From the NCBI GenBank assembly GCA_044507605.1, contig JBIQJI010000008.1, positions 26,395-90,394 of the forward strand: 64,000 nt of DNA, read 5' to 3'. The translations under genes and the position numbers were made by a program. The DNA comes from Actinomycetales bacterium. GTDB lineage: Bacteria; Actinomycetota; Actinomycetes; Streptosporangiales; Streptosporangiaceae. Below, piece after piece: positions 9,153 through 18,996 of the stretch (within the stretch, counting starts at the first letter, position 1; the number at the start of each line of letters is the position of its first letter). Under the pieces are notes generated by a model. It was not told the origin of the DNA. It did not search any database and saw only the letters and a list, made by a program, of their open reading frames with translations.

Positions 9153-10085
9153 ATGACCGCGACGACATCGCCGCCTCAGGCGGCGACGCTCAGGGCGCGG
9201 GCGGGGCGCACGGCGCTCACGGCGCTCGCTCCGGCCGTGTGGGGCACCACGTACATCGTCACGACCGAACTGCTCCCCCAAGGCCATCCGATGTTCGCCG
9301 CGCTGGCCCGCTCCCTGCCTTCGGGCCTCGCGGCGCTGCTCCTCGCCCGCGCCCTGCCTCGCGGCTCCTGGTGGTGGAAATCGGCGGTGCTCGGCACCCT
9401 GAACATCGGCCTGTTCTTCCCGCTGCTCTTCGTCGCCGCCGAACGCCTGCCCGGCGGCGTCGCCGCCACGCTGGGCGCGATCCAGCCGATCATCGTGGCC
9501 GTCCTGGTGGTGGCCGTGCTGGGCGAACCGCTCTCCACCTGGCGGGTCGGCTGGGGCGTGGCCGGAGTGGCCGGGGTGGGCATGGTGGTGCTCGGCCCCG
9601 CCGCCGCCCTCGACTCCGCCGGAATCATCGCCGGGCTGGCCGCGTCGTTCTCCATGGCCATGGGCGTCGTGCTCACGAAACGGTGGGGACGCCCCCAAGG
9701 AGTGAGCGACGTGGCCCTCGCCGGGTGGCAGCTCGCGGCCGGCGGACTGGTGCTCCTGGTCCCCACCCTCGCGTTCGAAGGCGTGCCCGCCCACATCGAC
9801 GGTCGCGCCCTGACCGGGTACATCTGGCTCGGGCTGGCCGGCGGCCTCATCGCCTACATCCTCTGGTTCGCGGGCATCCGCCGCCTGCCCGTCACCGCCA
9901 CCTCACTGCTCGGGCTGCTCTCGCCCCTCGTCGCGGCGGCCCTCGGCGCGTTGCTGCTCGGACAGACCCTCACACCGGTGCAGGTGGCCGGCTTCGTGCT
10001 GGCGCTCGCCGCGATGCTGGCCGGCCAGCTCACACCCCCTGCCAGGAAGGCGGTGCCGGGGTCCGCGCCCGTACCCGGCCGGTGA
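9153..10085 (+). CDS. EamA/DMT family transporter
   Basis: Ten hydrophobic helices in two EamA halves (ALAPAVWGTTYIVTTELLP...; GYIWLGLAGGLIAYILWFAGIRRL). ATG at 9153 is in frame with ORF 9102..10085. Confidence 0.8.
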   Translation: MTATTSPPQAATLRARAGRTALTALAPAVWGTTYIVTTELLPQGHPMFAALARSLPSGLAALLLARALPRGSWWWKSAVLGTLNIGLFFPLLFVAAERLPGGVAATLGAIQPIIVAVLVVAVLGEPLSTWRVGWGVAGVAGVGMVVLGPAAALDSAGIIAGLAASFSMAMGVVLTKRWGRPQGVSDVALAGWQLAAGGLVLLVPTLAFEGVPAHIDGRALTGYIWLGLAGGLIAYILWFAGIRRLPVTATSLLGLLSPLVAAALGALLLGQTLTPVQVAGFVLALAAMLAGQLTPPARKAVPGSAPVPGR

Positions 10086-10147
10086 GGCGGCCCGCGCAGC
10101 GGGCGTGCCGCGCCCGCCCGGCGCGCGGCGGCACCACGCGAGAGGCC

Positions 10148-10174
10148 CGGCTCCCCCTCCGAGAGGGAGCCGGC
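10148..10174. terminator. Possible bidirectional hairpin between convergent EamA and ferredoxin genes
   Basis: ccggctccc ... gggagccgg forms a 9-bp stem. There is no T-tract, which is common in high-GC actinomycetes. Confidence 0.35.
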
Positions 10175-10180
10175 GGGACG

Positions 10181-10372
10181 TCACTCGATGGACAAGGCCC
10201 CCGAAGGGCACAGCTGCACCGCTCGGCGGGCCAGATCCTCCTGGTCGGGGCGAGGTTCGGGAGTGAGGACGATGACCGTGCCGTCCTCCTCGCTCTGGTC
10301 GAACATGTCGGAGGCGGTCAGCGCGCACATTCCGGCGCCGATGCATACGTTGGTGTCTGCCTTGATCTTCAT
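10181..10372 (-). CDS. Small ferredoxin (single-cluster, P450-partner type)
   Basis: The 63-aa protein MKIKADTNVCIGAGMCALTASDMFDQSEEDGTVIVL...QLCPSGALSIE has a C-x5-C...CP cluster motif. ATG at 10372. Confidence 0.85.
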   Translation of the reverse strand: MKIKADTNVCIGAGMCALTASDMFDQSEEDGTVIVLTPEPRPDQEDLARRAVQLCPSGALSIE

Positions 10373-10744
10373 AACCCTCTCCTCTACCGGTCCTGCCAGA
10401 CCACCGGCAACCGATGAACGCCCCGGCCCCTCGTGACGGTCCGCATCGGCGTCCCGGCGGGCGCACGGCCGAGCACGGACCCGGGCAACAACGGCGCGCG
10501 TTACGTCCGGTGGCGATGCGAGCCGCTCGGCAGAATCGAACGTGGCCATGCGCCCGATGAAACGCGCCACCGAATCCGGACCATCGGCGATCGTCTGGCC
10601 ATGGCGTCTCCTGCGGGATCGCCTCCTCGCGATGACTCCTTGTGCAACGTGCTGTCTGTCCACTTCCATGGAACACCATTCGGGGTCGATTCCGGTCATC
10701 GTCCCCATGCGGCATCCGGCCAAGGCATGGGGCTTGACGAACGC

Positions 10745-10991
10745 CCGAAGGCCCGCTGCCGACCGAAGGCCCGGCGAACGACGACACCCCACGGGGCCAA
10801 GGCCCGATGAGCGGCCAACGTCCCACGGCCGGCCGAAGACCTGGCGACCGACCCAGGAGCCTGGTGGGTGACCCGAGCCGGCAAGCGATCAAAGACCCCA
10901 CGGAGGCCGGCACCCCACGAGCGGCCGAAGGCCCGGCGGGTGGCGGAGGCCCGCCGTGCGGCCGAAGGTCGGGCAGGTGGTCGAAGGCTCT
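10745..10991. repeat. Degenerate dispersed/tandem motif CCGAAGGCCCG (at least 6 copies) in an apparently non-coding 636-bp gap
   Basis: Copies start at 10745, 10763, 10833 (variant), 10925, 10962 (variant) and 10981 (variant). They are often preceded by CCCCACGRGGCC. Confidence 0.55.
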
Positions 10992-11008
10992 CCGATCGGC
11001 TGGTGGGC

Positions 11009-11914
11009 TCAGCCGGTGCCCGTTGCGGCGGCCTCGATTTCGGCGCGGGTGGGCATGGAGCTGCTGGCTCCCTCGCGCTGCACCGACAGGGCCGCCGCCG
11101 CGGACGCGAAGGCGAGCGCCGCGGCCGGGGGGCGGCCCTCGACGCGGGCCACGGCGAGCGCGCCCACGAAGGTGTCGCCGGCCGCCGTTGTGTCCACCGC
11201 CCGCACCTGGACGGCGGGCACGTGCAGCCGGGCGCCGTCGCGCGAGCCGTAGAGGGCGCCTCGGGAGCCGAGCGTGATGATCGCTTCGGGGACTCGGCCG
11301 AGCAGCGCGTCGAGGGCCTTGCCGGGGTCGGTGTGCCCGGTGATGGCGGCCGCCTCGTGTTCGTTCGGCACGAGCAGGTCCACGGCGTCCAGCAGCTCCG
11401 GCGGCAGCTCGCGGGCCGGGGCCGGGGTGAGGATCACCTGGGTGGGGGCGTCGCGCACGGCCAGCGCGGCCGCGACCACCCCCTCCAGGGGCAGCTCCAG
11501 TTGCAGCAGCAGCGTCGCCGACTCCGACATGACGGCCACGTCGGCGGCCGTGGGGCCCGTCATGGTGCCGTTGGCCCCCGGCACGACCACGATCGAGTTG
11601 CCGCCCTCGTCGTCGACCCGGATGTGCGCGATTCCCGACGGGCCGGGCTCGACCCGCAGGCGTTCCACGGCAACGCCGGCCGAGGTCAGCGTGTCGCGCA
11701 GCCGTGGTCCGAACGCGTCGTCGCCGACCGCCCCCAGGAACGTCACCCGGCCTCCGGCACGAGCGGCGGCGATCGCCTGGTTCGCTCCCTTTCCGCCCGG
11801 AATGACGCGAAAATCCCGACCGGTGACGGTCTCTCCCCGTTCGGGAGCCACCGCCACGTACGCCACCAGGTCCATGTTCGCGCTGCCGAACACCGAGATC
11901 ACACGGTCCGTCAT
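11009..11914 (-). CDS. rbsK: Ribokinase
   Basis: PfkB signatures VFGSANMDLV, IPGGKGANQAIAAARAG and the C-terminal DTTAAGDTFVGAL anion-hole motif. ATG at 11914. Confidence 0.85.
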   Translation of the reverse strand: MTDRVISVFGSANMDLVAYVAVAPERGETVTGRDFRVIPGGKGANQAIAAARAGGRVTFLGAVGDDAFGPRLRDTLTSAGVAVERLRVEPGPSGIAHIRVDDEGGNSIVVVPGANGTMTGPTAADVAVMSESATLLLQLELPLEGVVAAALAVRDAPTQVILTPAPARELPPELLDAVDLLVPNEHEAAAITGHTDPGKALDALLGRVPEAIITLGSRGALYGSRDGARLHVPAVQVRAVDTTAAGDTFVGALAVARVEGRPPAAALAFASAAAALSVQREGASSSMPTRAEIEAAATGTG

Positions 11915-12119
11915 CCGACCTCCATCCCAACCTGCCCGCCCTCGGGGCCGCACCCGGCGCCCTCCCGGCCGGCATGGCCATGAAGCGCCCGACCGGGAAC
12001 GCCCGTCCAGATGTCCCATCCTCGATGCCCCGGCCCCAAGCGCCGAACGTCGAGGCGACGCGTTCCCCGTGGCGGGGCGGGTGGTGCGTGGGCTCGGTCC
12101 TGGTCGAGAGGGCCGGGCA

Positions 12120-13499
12120 TCAGGCTGCTCCCGCCACTTTCAGGGTGCGGTCCGTCAGCTCGGTGAAGCCGATGCCGTCGAAGCCGGGCAGGCTGCTCGA
12201 CAGGGGGCCCGGCAGGACCCACTGCGGGGGGATGCGGGAGGCGCCGAGCAGGGCGCCCATGATCGAGCCGACGGTCGCGCCGGCCGAGTCGGCGTCCCAG
12301 CCGGCCGTGACCGCGCCGGCGATCGCGGCGGTGAAGTCGCCCCGCGCGTGGGTCAGCGCGGCCGCGATGAGGGCCGCGTTGTTGATCGTGTGCACCCAGT
12401 GCAGGGTGCCGTGCCGCTCGTACAGGCGGTCGACGACCCGCTCGAAGTCCGGCTCGCGGGCCGCGTCGGCCACCGCCTGCCGTACGGCTCGGGCGAGCCG
12501 CGACCCGGGCGGCACCACGGCCAGCCCGGCGGCCACGACCTCCTCCGCCGACGACGCCACCAGCGCCGTGGCGCACATCGCGGCCACGAACATCGCGCCG
12601 TAGACGCCGTTGGCGGTGTGGCTGAGGCGGGCGTCGCGGTGCGCGAGCTCCGCCGCAGTCGCCGGGTCGCCGGGGGCGGCCCAGCCGTAGGCGTCGGCGC
12701 GGATCAGCGCGCCGATCCACTCCCGGAACGGGTTGCGGTACGTCGCCGTCTCCGGCGGCTCCAGCCCCATCAGCAGGTTGCGGTACGCCACCCGCTCGGC
12801 CGTGAACACCCGCCCGCCGGGCAGCTCGTCCAGCCAGGCCCGGGCGACGTCCTCGGTGCCGAAGTCCCGGCCGTGGCGTTCCAGGATCGACAGCGCGAGC
12901 ATGGCGAAGTTGAGGTCGTCGTCTTCGGGCACGGCGCCGATGTTCTCGGCGAGCGAGTTGGCGGCGCTGCGCCGGTTCCACGGCCACCTGCGGGCCACGT
13001 CGGCCGGCAGCCCGGCGGCCGTGAACCAGCCGCGCACCGGCCGGTTGCCGGTGGCCTCGGCGATCTCCCGGATGCCCTCCCGGGGGATCTTCTCCACCGG
13101 CTTGCCCAGCACGCACCCGGCCACCCGCCCCACCCAGGCCCCACGCACCCGGTCGGCGAGCCCGGTGTCGCCGGCGGGTGAGGCGGCGGTCGTCGGTGAG
13201 GTCGGGTGAGCGGGCCAGTCGGGGCAGGCGGTGATGATGGCGGGGAGGTCGGTGGGTTCGGGGAGGGGGGAGGGGAGGGCCGCCAGTTCGTCGAGGGTCT
13301 GTTCGGCCAGGCGGCGGAGACCGGGCGGGGCGGGGGTGGGTGATGCGCCGGCGCGGGGTGGGGCGCCGTGGCCGCCTGCCGCGTGCCAGCGGGCGGCGAT
13401 GGCGCGGGCGTCTCGGCCGTCTTCGGCGGCCTGGCGTAGCTCGTGGCCGACCAGGTCCTCGGGCTGCACCCAGGTGAGCCGGAGCAGGTGGGCGTCCAC
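12120..13499 (-). CDS. ADP-ribosylglycohydrolase family protein (paralog 1, with about 110-aa N-terminal extension)
   Basis: ARH motifs RVRGAWVGRVAGCVLGKPVE, DDDLNF and C-terminal GWDADSAGATVGSIMGAL. The GTG start at 13499 overlaps the upstream TAG by 1 nt (TAGTG). Confidence 0.8.
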   Translation of the reverse strand: MDAHLLRLTWVQPEDLVGHELRQAAEDGRDARAIAARWHAAGGHGAPPRAGASPTPAPPGLRRLAEQTLDELAALPSPLPEPTDLPAIITACPDWPAHPTSPTTAASPAGDTGLADRVRGAWVGRVAGCVLGKPVEKIPREGIREIAEATGNRPVRGWFTAAGLPADVARRWPWNRRSAANSLAENIGAVPEDDDLNFAMLALSILERHGRDFGTEDVARAWLDELPGGRVFTAERVAYRNLLMGLEPPETATYRNPFREWIGALIRADAYGWAAPGDPATAAELAHRDARLSHTANGVYGAMFVAAMCATALVASSAEEVVAAGLAVVPPGSRLARAVRQAVADAAREPDFERVVDRLYERHGTLHWVHTINNAALIAAALTHARGDFTAAIAGAVTAGWDADSAGATVGSIMGALLGASRIPPQWVLPGPLSSSLPGFDGIGFTELTDRTLKVAGAA

Positions 13500-14644
13500 T
13501 ATGCGCCGTCCTCGGTGAGGCGGGCGAACGCGGTCTCGTGGGCGCGGCGGCGGGCCAGGTCGCGGGCGTGGACGTCGCGGGCGACGCGGGCGATGGCCAG
13601 GCCGGGGGCGATCAGGTCCATGCGGCTGGCCGCGGCGATGTCGGTGAGCCAGTCGGCGGGTACGGCGGCGAGGCCGCCGAGGGCGCCGGCGATGGCTCCG
13701 CCCATGCCGGCGATGGAGTCGGCGTCGCGGCCGTAGTTGACTCCGCCGAGCACGGTGTCGCGGTAGTCGCCTTTGGCGATGAGCAGGAACGCGAGGGCCA
13801 TCGGCAGTTCTTCGATGCTGTGCAGCCGGCTCGGCCGGCGGGCGCCGAGGCCCTGGTCGCGGTAGGTGTCGGCGACGGTGTCGTAGGGAGCCATGGCGGC
13901 GCGCAGCGGCGGCGCCGCTTCGGACCAGTGGCCGATGTCGCGGGCCACGGTGCAGACGGCGTCGATGGCGGCGCGGGTGCCGTCGTGGGCGAGCCGCAGG
14001 CAGGTGGCGACGACGGAGTCGGCGGTGGCTCCGGGCCGCATGGCCTCGGCGACGGCGGCGGCCATCACTCCGGCGGCTTCGCGCCCGTAGCTGGACTGGT
14101 GGGCGCCGGCGACGTCGATCGCTTCGGCGTAGGCGCCGTCGGGGTCGGCGGCGTTGACGACGCCGACAGGGGCCATGTACATGGCGGCGCCGCAGTTGAC
14201 GATGTTGCCGACTCCGGCTTCGCGCGGGTCCACGTGCCCGTAGTGCAGTCGCAGCACGAGCCATTTTTCGGCGAGGAACACCCGGTGGAGCGGCAGCGCC
14301 TCGGTCTCCAGTTCCGGGATCCACCGCTTTTCGTCCATCATCTCCGGCACGAGATGGTCGGCGACGGCGTAGGCGTCCAGGTGGCCGCCGACCCGCTCGT
14401 ACACGCGGATCAGTGCGTGCGTCATCATCGTGTCGTCGGTCACGTGCCCGTCGCCCTTGTGGTACGGTGCGATGGGCCGCGCGTCGCGCCAGTTCTCGTG
14501 GTACGGCGGCACGATGCCTTCGACGGGCCCGCCGTAGCGCCGCCGGATCTGTTCCGGCGTCCACCCTTCGGTCGCGCCGCCGAGCGCGTCGCCGACGGCG
14601 ACGCCGGCGATGCATCCGGTGGCCCGGTCCTCAAGCGGCGTCAT
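13499..14644 (-). CDS. ADP-ribosylglycohydrolase family protein (paralog 2)
   Basis: GCIAGVAVGDALGGATEG, HVTDDTMMT and YGRDADSIAGMGGAIAGAL. ATG at 14644 overlaps the upstream gene end. Confidence 0.85.
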   Translation of the reverse strand: MTPLEDRATGCIAGVAVGDALGGATEGWTPEQIRRRYGGPVEGIVPPYHENWRDARPIAPYHKGDGHVTDDTMMTHALIRVYERVGGHLDAYAVADHLVPEMMDEKRWIPELETEALPLHRVFLAEKWLVLRLHYGHVDPREAGVGNIVNCGAAMYMAPVGVVNAADPDGAYAEAIDVAGAHQSSYGREAAGVMAAAVAEAMRPGATADSVVATCLRLAHDGTRAAIDAVCTVARDIGHWSEAAPPLRAAMAPYDTVADTYRDQGLGARRPSRLHSIEELPMALAFLLIAKGDYRDTVLGGVNYGRDADSIAGMGGAIAGALGGLAAVPADWLTDIAAASRMDLIAPGLAIARVARDVHARDLARRRAHETAFARLTEDGA

Positions 14645-15647
14645 GGCGGTCTCCCCTTGCCAGTCCCCGAGCGATGTCAAGTAGATCCTTTCCCCTCATG
14701 TCCGGCAGGGCGCACCCGGACAGGCTGCGCACCGCCGTGCACCATTGGTCGGGCAGCGCCGCGTACCCGGTGGCCGCCCCGGTGAGGGCGCCGGTGAGCG
14801 CGGGGGCCGAGTCGGCCAGCGACGCCAGGCAGGCGGCGGCGGGTACGGCCGCCGCCAGTGCGCCGCCCGACACGTCGGCGAGGGCCAGCGCCACCGGCAC
14901 CGTCTCCGCCGCCGACACGCCGTAGCTGTACACGTGGTCGAGCAGTGCCGCGTCGAGGGCGGGCACGGCCGCGAAGGGGTCGCCCGCCGCGCGGGCTGCC
15001 GTCAGCGCCGTGCGCGCGGCGTGGCCGATGGCGGTGTCGCCGGGCAGCTCGGCCATGGCGGCGGCCACGGCCGTGGCCATCGGCGCGCCGCCGACGAGCG
15101 CGTCGACGGCCGCGGCGATGGCCGCGGCGCCGAGCACGCCGTCCTCGTCGTTGGTGACGTGGGCGTCGGGGCGCGGGTCGGCGCCCGCCGCCCCGAACGC
15201 CACGGCCCGTACGGCCGCGGCGTCGTCGAAGAAGTGCGGGTTGTCGTGCCCGCTCACGGGCGGCCGTTTGCCCGCCGCCAGGTTGTCGAGCGCGGTGCGG
15301 ACCGAGATCCTGGCCCGCAGCGTGTCGCGCCGGGCGGCCAGCCGCCCGAACGCCTCGGCCCGGTCGTCGTGGAGGGTCAGCGCCGTCCAGGCGAGCCATT
15401 CGGCGTCGTCCGACGGCCCGACGGCCAGCGGCTCCACGGGCTGGTTCAGCGCGAACGGCACCGGCAGTGTCGTGACGGCGTGGTCTTCGGCGAACGTGTC
15501 GAGTTCCCGGGCCAGCCGTCTGCTCCAGGGCGCCAGCAGCGCGGCCCGATGCCGTGCGGCGGGCCAGCCGGCGGCGTCGCCGATGGCCAGCCCGATGAAC
15601 GCCCCTTCGATGCGGTCCGTGCGGTCCGTGCGGTCCCCCGAGGTCAT
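14631..15647 (-). CDS. ADP-ribosylglycohydrolase family protein (paralog 3, divergent)
   Basis: IEGAFIGLAIGDAAGWP and SDDAEW. The C-terminal metal motif is degenerate (SLADSAPALTGALTGA). The 5' end contains a 9-bp repeat encoding DRTDRTDR. Confidence 0.75.
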   Translation of the reverse strand: MTSGDRTDRTDRIEGAFIGLAIGDAAGWPAARHRAALLAPWSRRLARELDTFAEDHAVTTLPVPFALNQPVEPLAVGPSDDAEWLAWTALTLHDDRAEAFGRLAARRDTLRARISVRTALDNLAAGKRPPVSGHDNPHFFDDAAAVRAVAFGAAGADPRPDAHVTNDEDGVLGAAAIAAAVDALVGGAPMATAVAAAMAELPGDTAIGHAARTALTAARAAGDPFAAVPALDAALLDHVYSYGVSAAETVPVALALADVSGGALAAAVPAAACLASLADSAPALTGALTGAATGYAALPDQWCTAVRSLSGCALPDMRGKDLLDIARGLARGDRHDAA

Positions 15648-15651
15648 CGCG

Positions 15652-16647
15652 TCAGTTCCCTTCCGTCGCGGCGGCGAGCTCGTCGGCCACGTCGAGGATG
15701 TGGCGGCCGGCGGTACCGGGGAGGCAGCGGCCGGTCACCGGGCCGATGCGGGCGGCCCAGCGGGAGGGCACGGCCGGTTCGCCGGCCCCGGCGCCGGCGA
15801 GGGCGCCGGCGATCGCGGCCGTGGTGTCGGCGTCGCGGCCCAGGTTGGCGGCGGTGATCACGGATTCGGCCACGTCGCCGCCCGCCACCAGGTACGCCGC
15901 GAACGCCAGGCCCACGGCCTCGGGGGCCAGGTCGGTCCAGGGGTAGTGGTGGGCGACCAGCGCGGCGTGCAGGTCGCCGGCCAGGGACCGCGCGCCGGGC
16001 GCCGGGTGCGGGGGCAGGCCGCGGTGGCGGGCGGCGATGGCGATGGCCGTGGAGAGGTTGCGGGCGGTCCAGGAGTCGGCGGGGACCGCCCGCAGGCCGG
16101 CTTCCGCCACCTCGGCGGGGGTGGCGCCCGTCATGGCGACGGCGACGGCCGCCGCCACGGCCACGCCGCCGTGGATGCCCTCGCCGGTGTGGCTGACGGC
16201 GCCGTCGGCGGCGACGAGGCGGGCCGCCTCGCCGGGGTCGCCGGTGGCCGCGATGCCGTACGGGGCGGCGCGCATGGCCAGGCCGTCGGACCAGCCGTGC
16301 GGGTGGGCGCGGCCGGTGAGCGGGGGGTGCAGGCCGCGCCGCAGGGCCCGCACGGTGCCGAGTTCGGAGAACCCGGCGCCGCGCATGGGCCCGTGGGCGC
16401 GGGCCACGATCTGTTCCCGCCAGGCGGCCTCGGCCCGCTCGGCGGTCAGGTGGCGGCCGTGCCGGATCAGCAGGGACGCGGCGAAGATGGTGTACTCCGT
16501 GTCGTCCGTGCCGCCGCCTTCGATCTCGGTGAGCCGGCCCCAGCGCCGGGCGATCTGCTCGGGCGTGAGGTTCTCGGCCGGCCGGCCGAGGGCGTCGCCG
16601 GCGGCGAGGCCCAGCAGGCAGCCCCGTGCCCGCGACCGCCGGGGCAC
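15652..16647 (-). CDS. ADP-ribosylglycohydrolase family protein (paralog 4)
   Basis: RGCLLGLAAGDALGRP, GGTDDTEYT and LGRDADTTAAIAGALAGA. Start uncertain. GTG 16647 lies just before the conserved N-terminus. An alternative TTG at 16788 overlaps the upstream stop (TTGA). Confidence 0.75.
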   Translation of the reverse strand: MPRRSRARGCLLGLAAGDALGRPAENLTPEQIARRWGRLTEIEGGGTDDTEYTIFAASLLIRHGRHLTAERAEAAWREQIVARAHGPMRGAGFSELGTVRALRRGLHPPLTGRAHPHGWSDGLAMRAAPYGIAATGDPGEAARLVAADGAVSHTGEGIHGGVAVAAAVAVAMTGATPAEVAEAGLRAVPADSWTARNLSTAIAIAARHRGLPPHPAPGARSLAGDLHAALVAHHYPWTDLAPEAVGLAFAAYLVAGGDVAESVITAANLGRDADTTAAIAGALAGAGAGEPAVPSRWAARIGPVTGRCLPGTAGRHILDVADELAAATEGN

Positions 16648-16784
16648 GGCCGCACGGTCCCCCGCCTCGCTCCTCGCCCCGGCCACGGGCGTGGCCCCGG
16701 GCTCGGCGCGGGCGGCGTCGCGGACCGCCCGCCCGGCCCTCGGGGCGGGCCGGGGGCCGGGCCGGTCGGTCGGGTGGTGCGGGG

Positions 16785-18101
16785 TCAATGGGTGTACCGC
16801 TCCAGGACCTCGTTGCCCTCGTCGACGAGCTTCTTGGCGGTCTCGTCGAGGGTGGCCTTGTTCGCGAAGTACTCCTGGAGGGCCGGGGTGGCCACCTTGC
16901 TCTTCCACTCGTCGAATCCGTCGATCTTCAGGTACGGCGCGACGACGAGGTTCTGGGCCGAGGCGGTGGCGACGTTCCAGCCGTTCTCGTCGGTGGTGAG
17001 CGCCGGGTCCTGGGCGGCCGCGCGGCTGGTGGGCAGCAGCCAGTCGCCCTTGGCGAGCTTGGCCTGGTTGGGGCCGTTGAGGAACCAGGAGACGAACTTG
17101 ACCGCTTCGTCCGGGTGCTCGCTGTCGGCGGCGACGGACAGGGTCTGCGAGGTGGCGCCCTGGTTGGCGGTGATGCCCTTGAGCGGCGGGATGGTGACCC
17201 AGTCGAAGCCGTCGGGGGCCTGCTCGGCGACCTGCTGGCGCAGGTAGACGCCGGCGGGCAGCAGGGCGTACTTGCCGGCGAAGAAGCCGGGCAGCGGGTC
17301 GGCGGTGCCCATGCCGAGGGCGGACGTGTCGGCCGTCTTGTCCTTGTACAGCTGGTCGTGGATGCGCTGGAGCACTTCACGCTCCTCCGGCCCGACCTTG
17401 ACGGTGGTCGTGCCGCCGGTGGTCTGGAAGAACGTGCCGTTGAAGTTCAGGGCCAGGTTGAGCACCCGGTTGACGGGCGACTTCAGCGCCCAGGCGACGC
17501 CGTGGGTGTCGCCTTTGGTGAGCTTCTTGCAGATCTGCTGGAATTCGTCCCAGGTCCACGGGTCGTCCGGGGTGGGGACGGCCACGCCGGCCTTGTCGAG
17601 CAGCTTCTTGTTGCCGATGATGACCTGCGACTCCTGCAGGAACGGCACGCCGTACACGCCCTGCCCGCCCTTGCCGTCGTCGAAGGTGACGGTGTCCCAG
17701 GCGGCCTGCGGGATGTCGTCCTTGAGCGCGGCGGGCAGCCTGGCGCTCAGGTCGAGCAGGTAGCCGCGGCCGGCGAAGCCGGCCAGCGCCGGGGAGTCGT
17801 CGTGGATGATGTCGGGCGGGTCGCCGCCCTCGAACGACGTGACGAGCTGGTCGTTGACGTTGTCCCAGCTGCCTTGGACGTACTCCACCTGGATCGCCGG
17901 GTTGGCCTTGTTCCATTCGGCCACCAGCTCCTTGTTGGCGGCGATGGACTCCTTCTGCCAGGCGAGGCTGAGGAACTTGAGGTGGACCGTCTCGCCCTTC
18001 GCCGCGGATCCGCCGCCACCGCCGTCGTCGCCAGAGCCGCAGCCGGCGGTCAGCGCGAGGATCGCGGCGGCCGCGACCGCCAGCGCCCTTCTCACACCCA
18101 T
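16785..18101 (-). CDS. Sugar ABC transporter substrate-binding lipoprotein (family 1 SBP)
   Basis: Signal plus lipobox MGVRRALAVAAAAILALTAGCGS. Typical SBP_bac_1 sequence throughout. ATG 18101 is preceded by GGGAGA. Confidence 0.85.
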   Translation of the reverse strand: MGVRRALAVAAAAILALTAGCGSGDDGGGGGSAAKGETVHLKFLSLAWQKESIAANKELVAEWNKANPAIQVEYVQGSWDNVNDQLVTSFEGGDPPDIIHDDSPALAGFAGRGYLLDLSARLPAALKDDIPQAAWDTVTFDDGKGGQGVYGVPFLQESQVIIGNKKLLDKAGVAVPTPDDPWTWDEFQQICKKLTKGDTHGVAWALKSPVNRVLNLALNFNGTFFQTTGGTTTVKVGPEEREVLQRIHDQLYKDKTADTSALGMGTADPLPGFFAGKYALLPAGVYLRQQVAEQAPDGFDWVTIPPLKGITANQGATSQTLSVAADSEHPDEAVKFVSWFLNGPNQAKLAKGDWLLPTSRAAAQDPALTTDENGWNVATASAQNLVVAPYLKIDGFDEWKSKVATPALQEYFANKATLDETAKKLVDEGNEVLERYTH

Positions 18102-18122
18102 CAGACTTTCTCCCATCGGGAC

Positions 18123-18995
18123 CTACCCCTTGACGGCCCCGGCCATCAGGCCGGATCGCAGCCGTCGCTGGATGATTGCGAAGAAGACGAGGCTCGGGAT
18201 CGTCGCCATGAGCGAGGCCGCGGCGAGCGGTCCGAGCCGTGCGACGCCCTCGGGGCCGGTGAACTTCACCAGCGTCAGCGGCAGCGTCGCCACCTCCGGC
18301 TCCTTGAGGACGACCAGCGCGAACAGGAACTCGTTCCAGGACGAGATGAACGCGAACAGCAGCGTGGCCACCACCCCGGGCGCGAGCAGCGGCGCCACGA
18401 TCCTGGTGAGCGCCAGCAGCCGGCCGGCGCCGTCGACGGCCGCGGCCTCCTCCAGCTGCGCCGGGATCGCGCGGACGTACCCCTGGAGCATCCACAGCGC
18501 GAACGGCAGGACGAACGTGACGTGCACCAGGGTGAGCCCGGGCAGCGTGTTCACGAGGTCCAGGTTCTTCAGCACCATGAACAGCGGAATGATGATCAGG
18601 ATGAACGGGAACACCTGGCTCACCAGCACCCAGCCGATCGCCAGGCGGCTCAGCAGGCCGCGGTAGCGGGCCAGGGCGTACGACGCGGGCAGCGCCAGCA
18701 CGACGGTCAGCACCGACGTGGCGAGGGCGACGGCGAGGCTGCGCAGCGCGCTGCCGAGCAGGTCCTGCTCGGCGAACGCGTCGGCGAAGTTGGCGAGGGT
18801 GGGGTGCCGCGGGATCCACGTGGGGTCGAGGTTCGCCATCTCCTGCGGCGTCTTCAGCGCCGTCGACAGCAGCCACAGCAGCGGGAACGCCAGGAAGACC
18901 AGGTAGCCCAGCAGGGCGAGGTACTGCAGGGGCCGGGCCCCGCGCCCGCGCGGCCCGGTGCGCGCGCCCGCCTCGGCGCTCGTTTCGCGGCGCAT
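18123..18995 (-). CDS. Carbohydrate ABC transporter permease (MalG-like)
   Basis: Six TM helices. EAA loop region IPAQLEEAAAVDGAGRLLALTRIVAPLLAPG. Confidence 0.9.
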   Translation of the reverse strand: MRRETSAEAGARTGPRGRGARPLQYLALLGYLVFLAFPLLWLLSTALKTPQEMANLDPTWIPRHPTLANFADAFAEQDLLGSALRSLAVALATSVLTVVLALPASYALARYRGLLSRLAIGWVLVSQVFPFILIIIPLFMVLKNLDLVNTLPGLTLVHVTFVLPFALWMLQGYVRAIPAQLEEAAAVDGAGRLLALTRIVAPLLAPGVVATLLFAFISSWNEFLFALVVLKEPEVATLPLTLVKFTGPEGVARLGPLAAASLMATIPSLVFFAIIQRRLRSGLMAGAVKG

Positions 18996-18996
18996 G

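Noticed and set aside
10373-10792. Upstream extension of the ferredoxin ORF (203-aa version) or a P450 pseudogene remnant
   Set aside because: The extension has no P450 or ferredoxin motifs, and the canonical 63-aa ferredoxin starts at an internal ATG. A P450 remnant cannot be supported by eye. It is kept only as a hypothesis in the findings.
16785-16908. Long start (16908) of ARH paralog 4 overlapping the SBP gene by 124 nt
   Set aside because: The extension is low-complexity and overlaps a well-supported CDS. The conserved ARH N-terminus begins just after GTG 16647. TTG 16788 is kept as an alternative.
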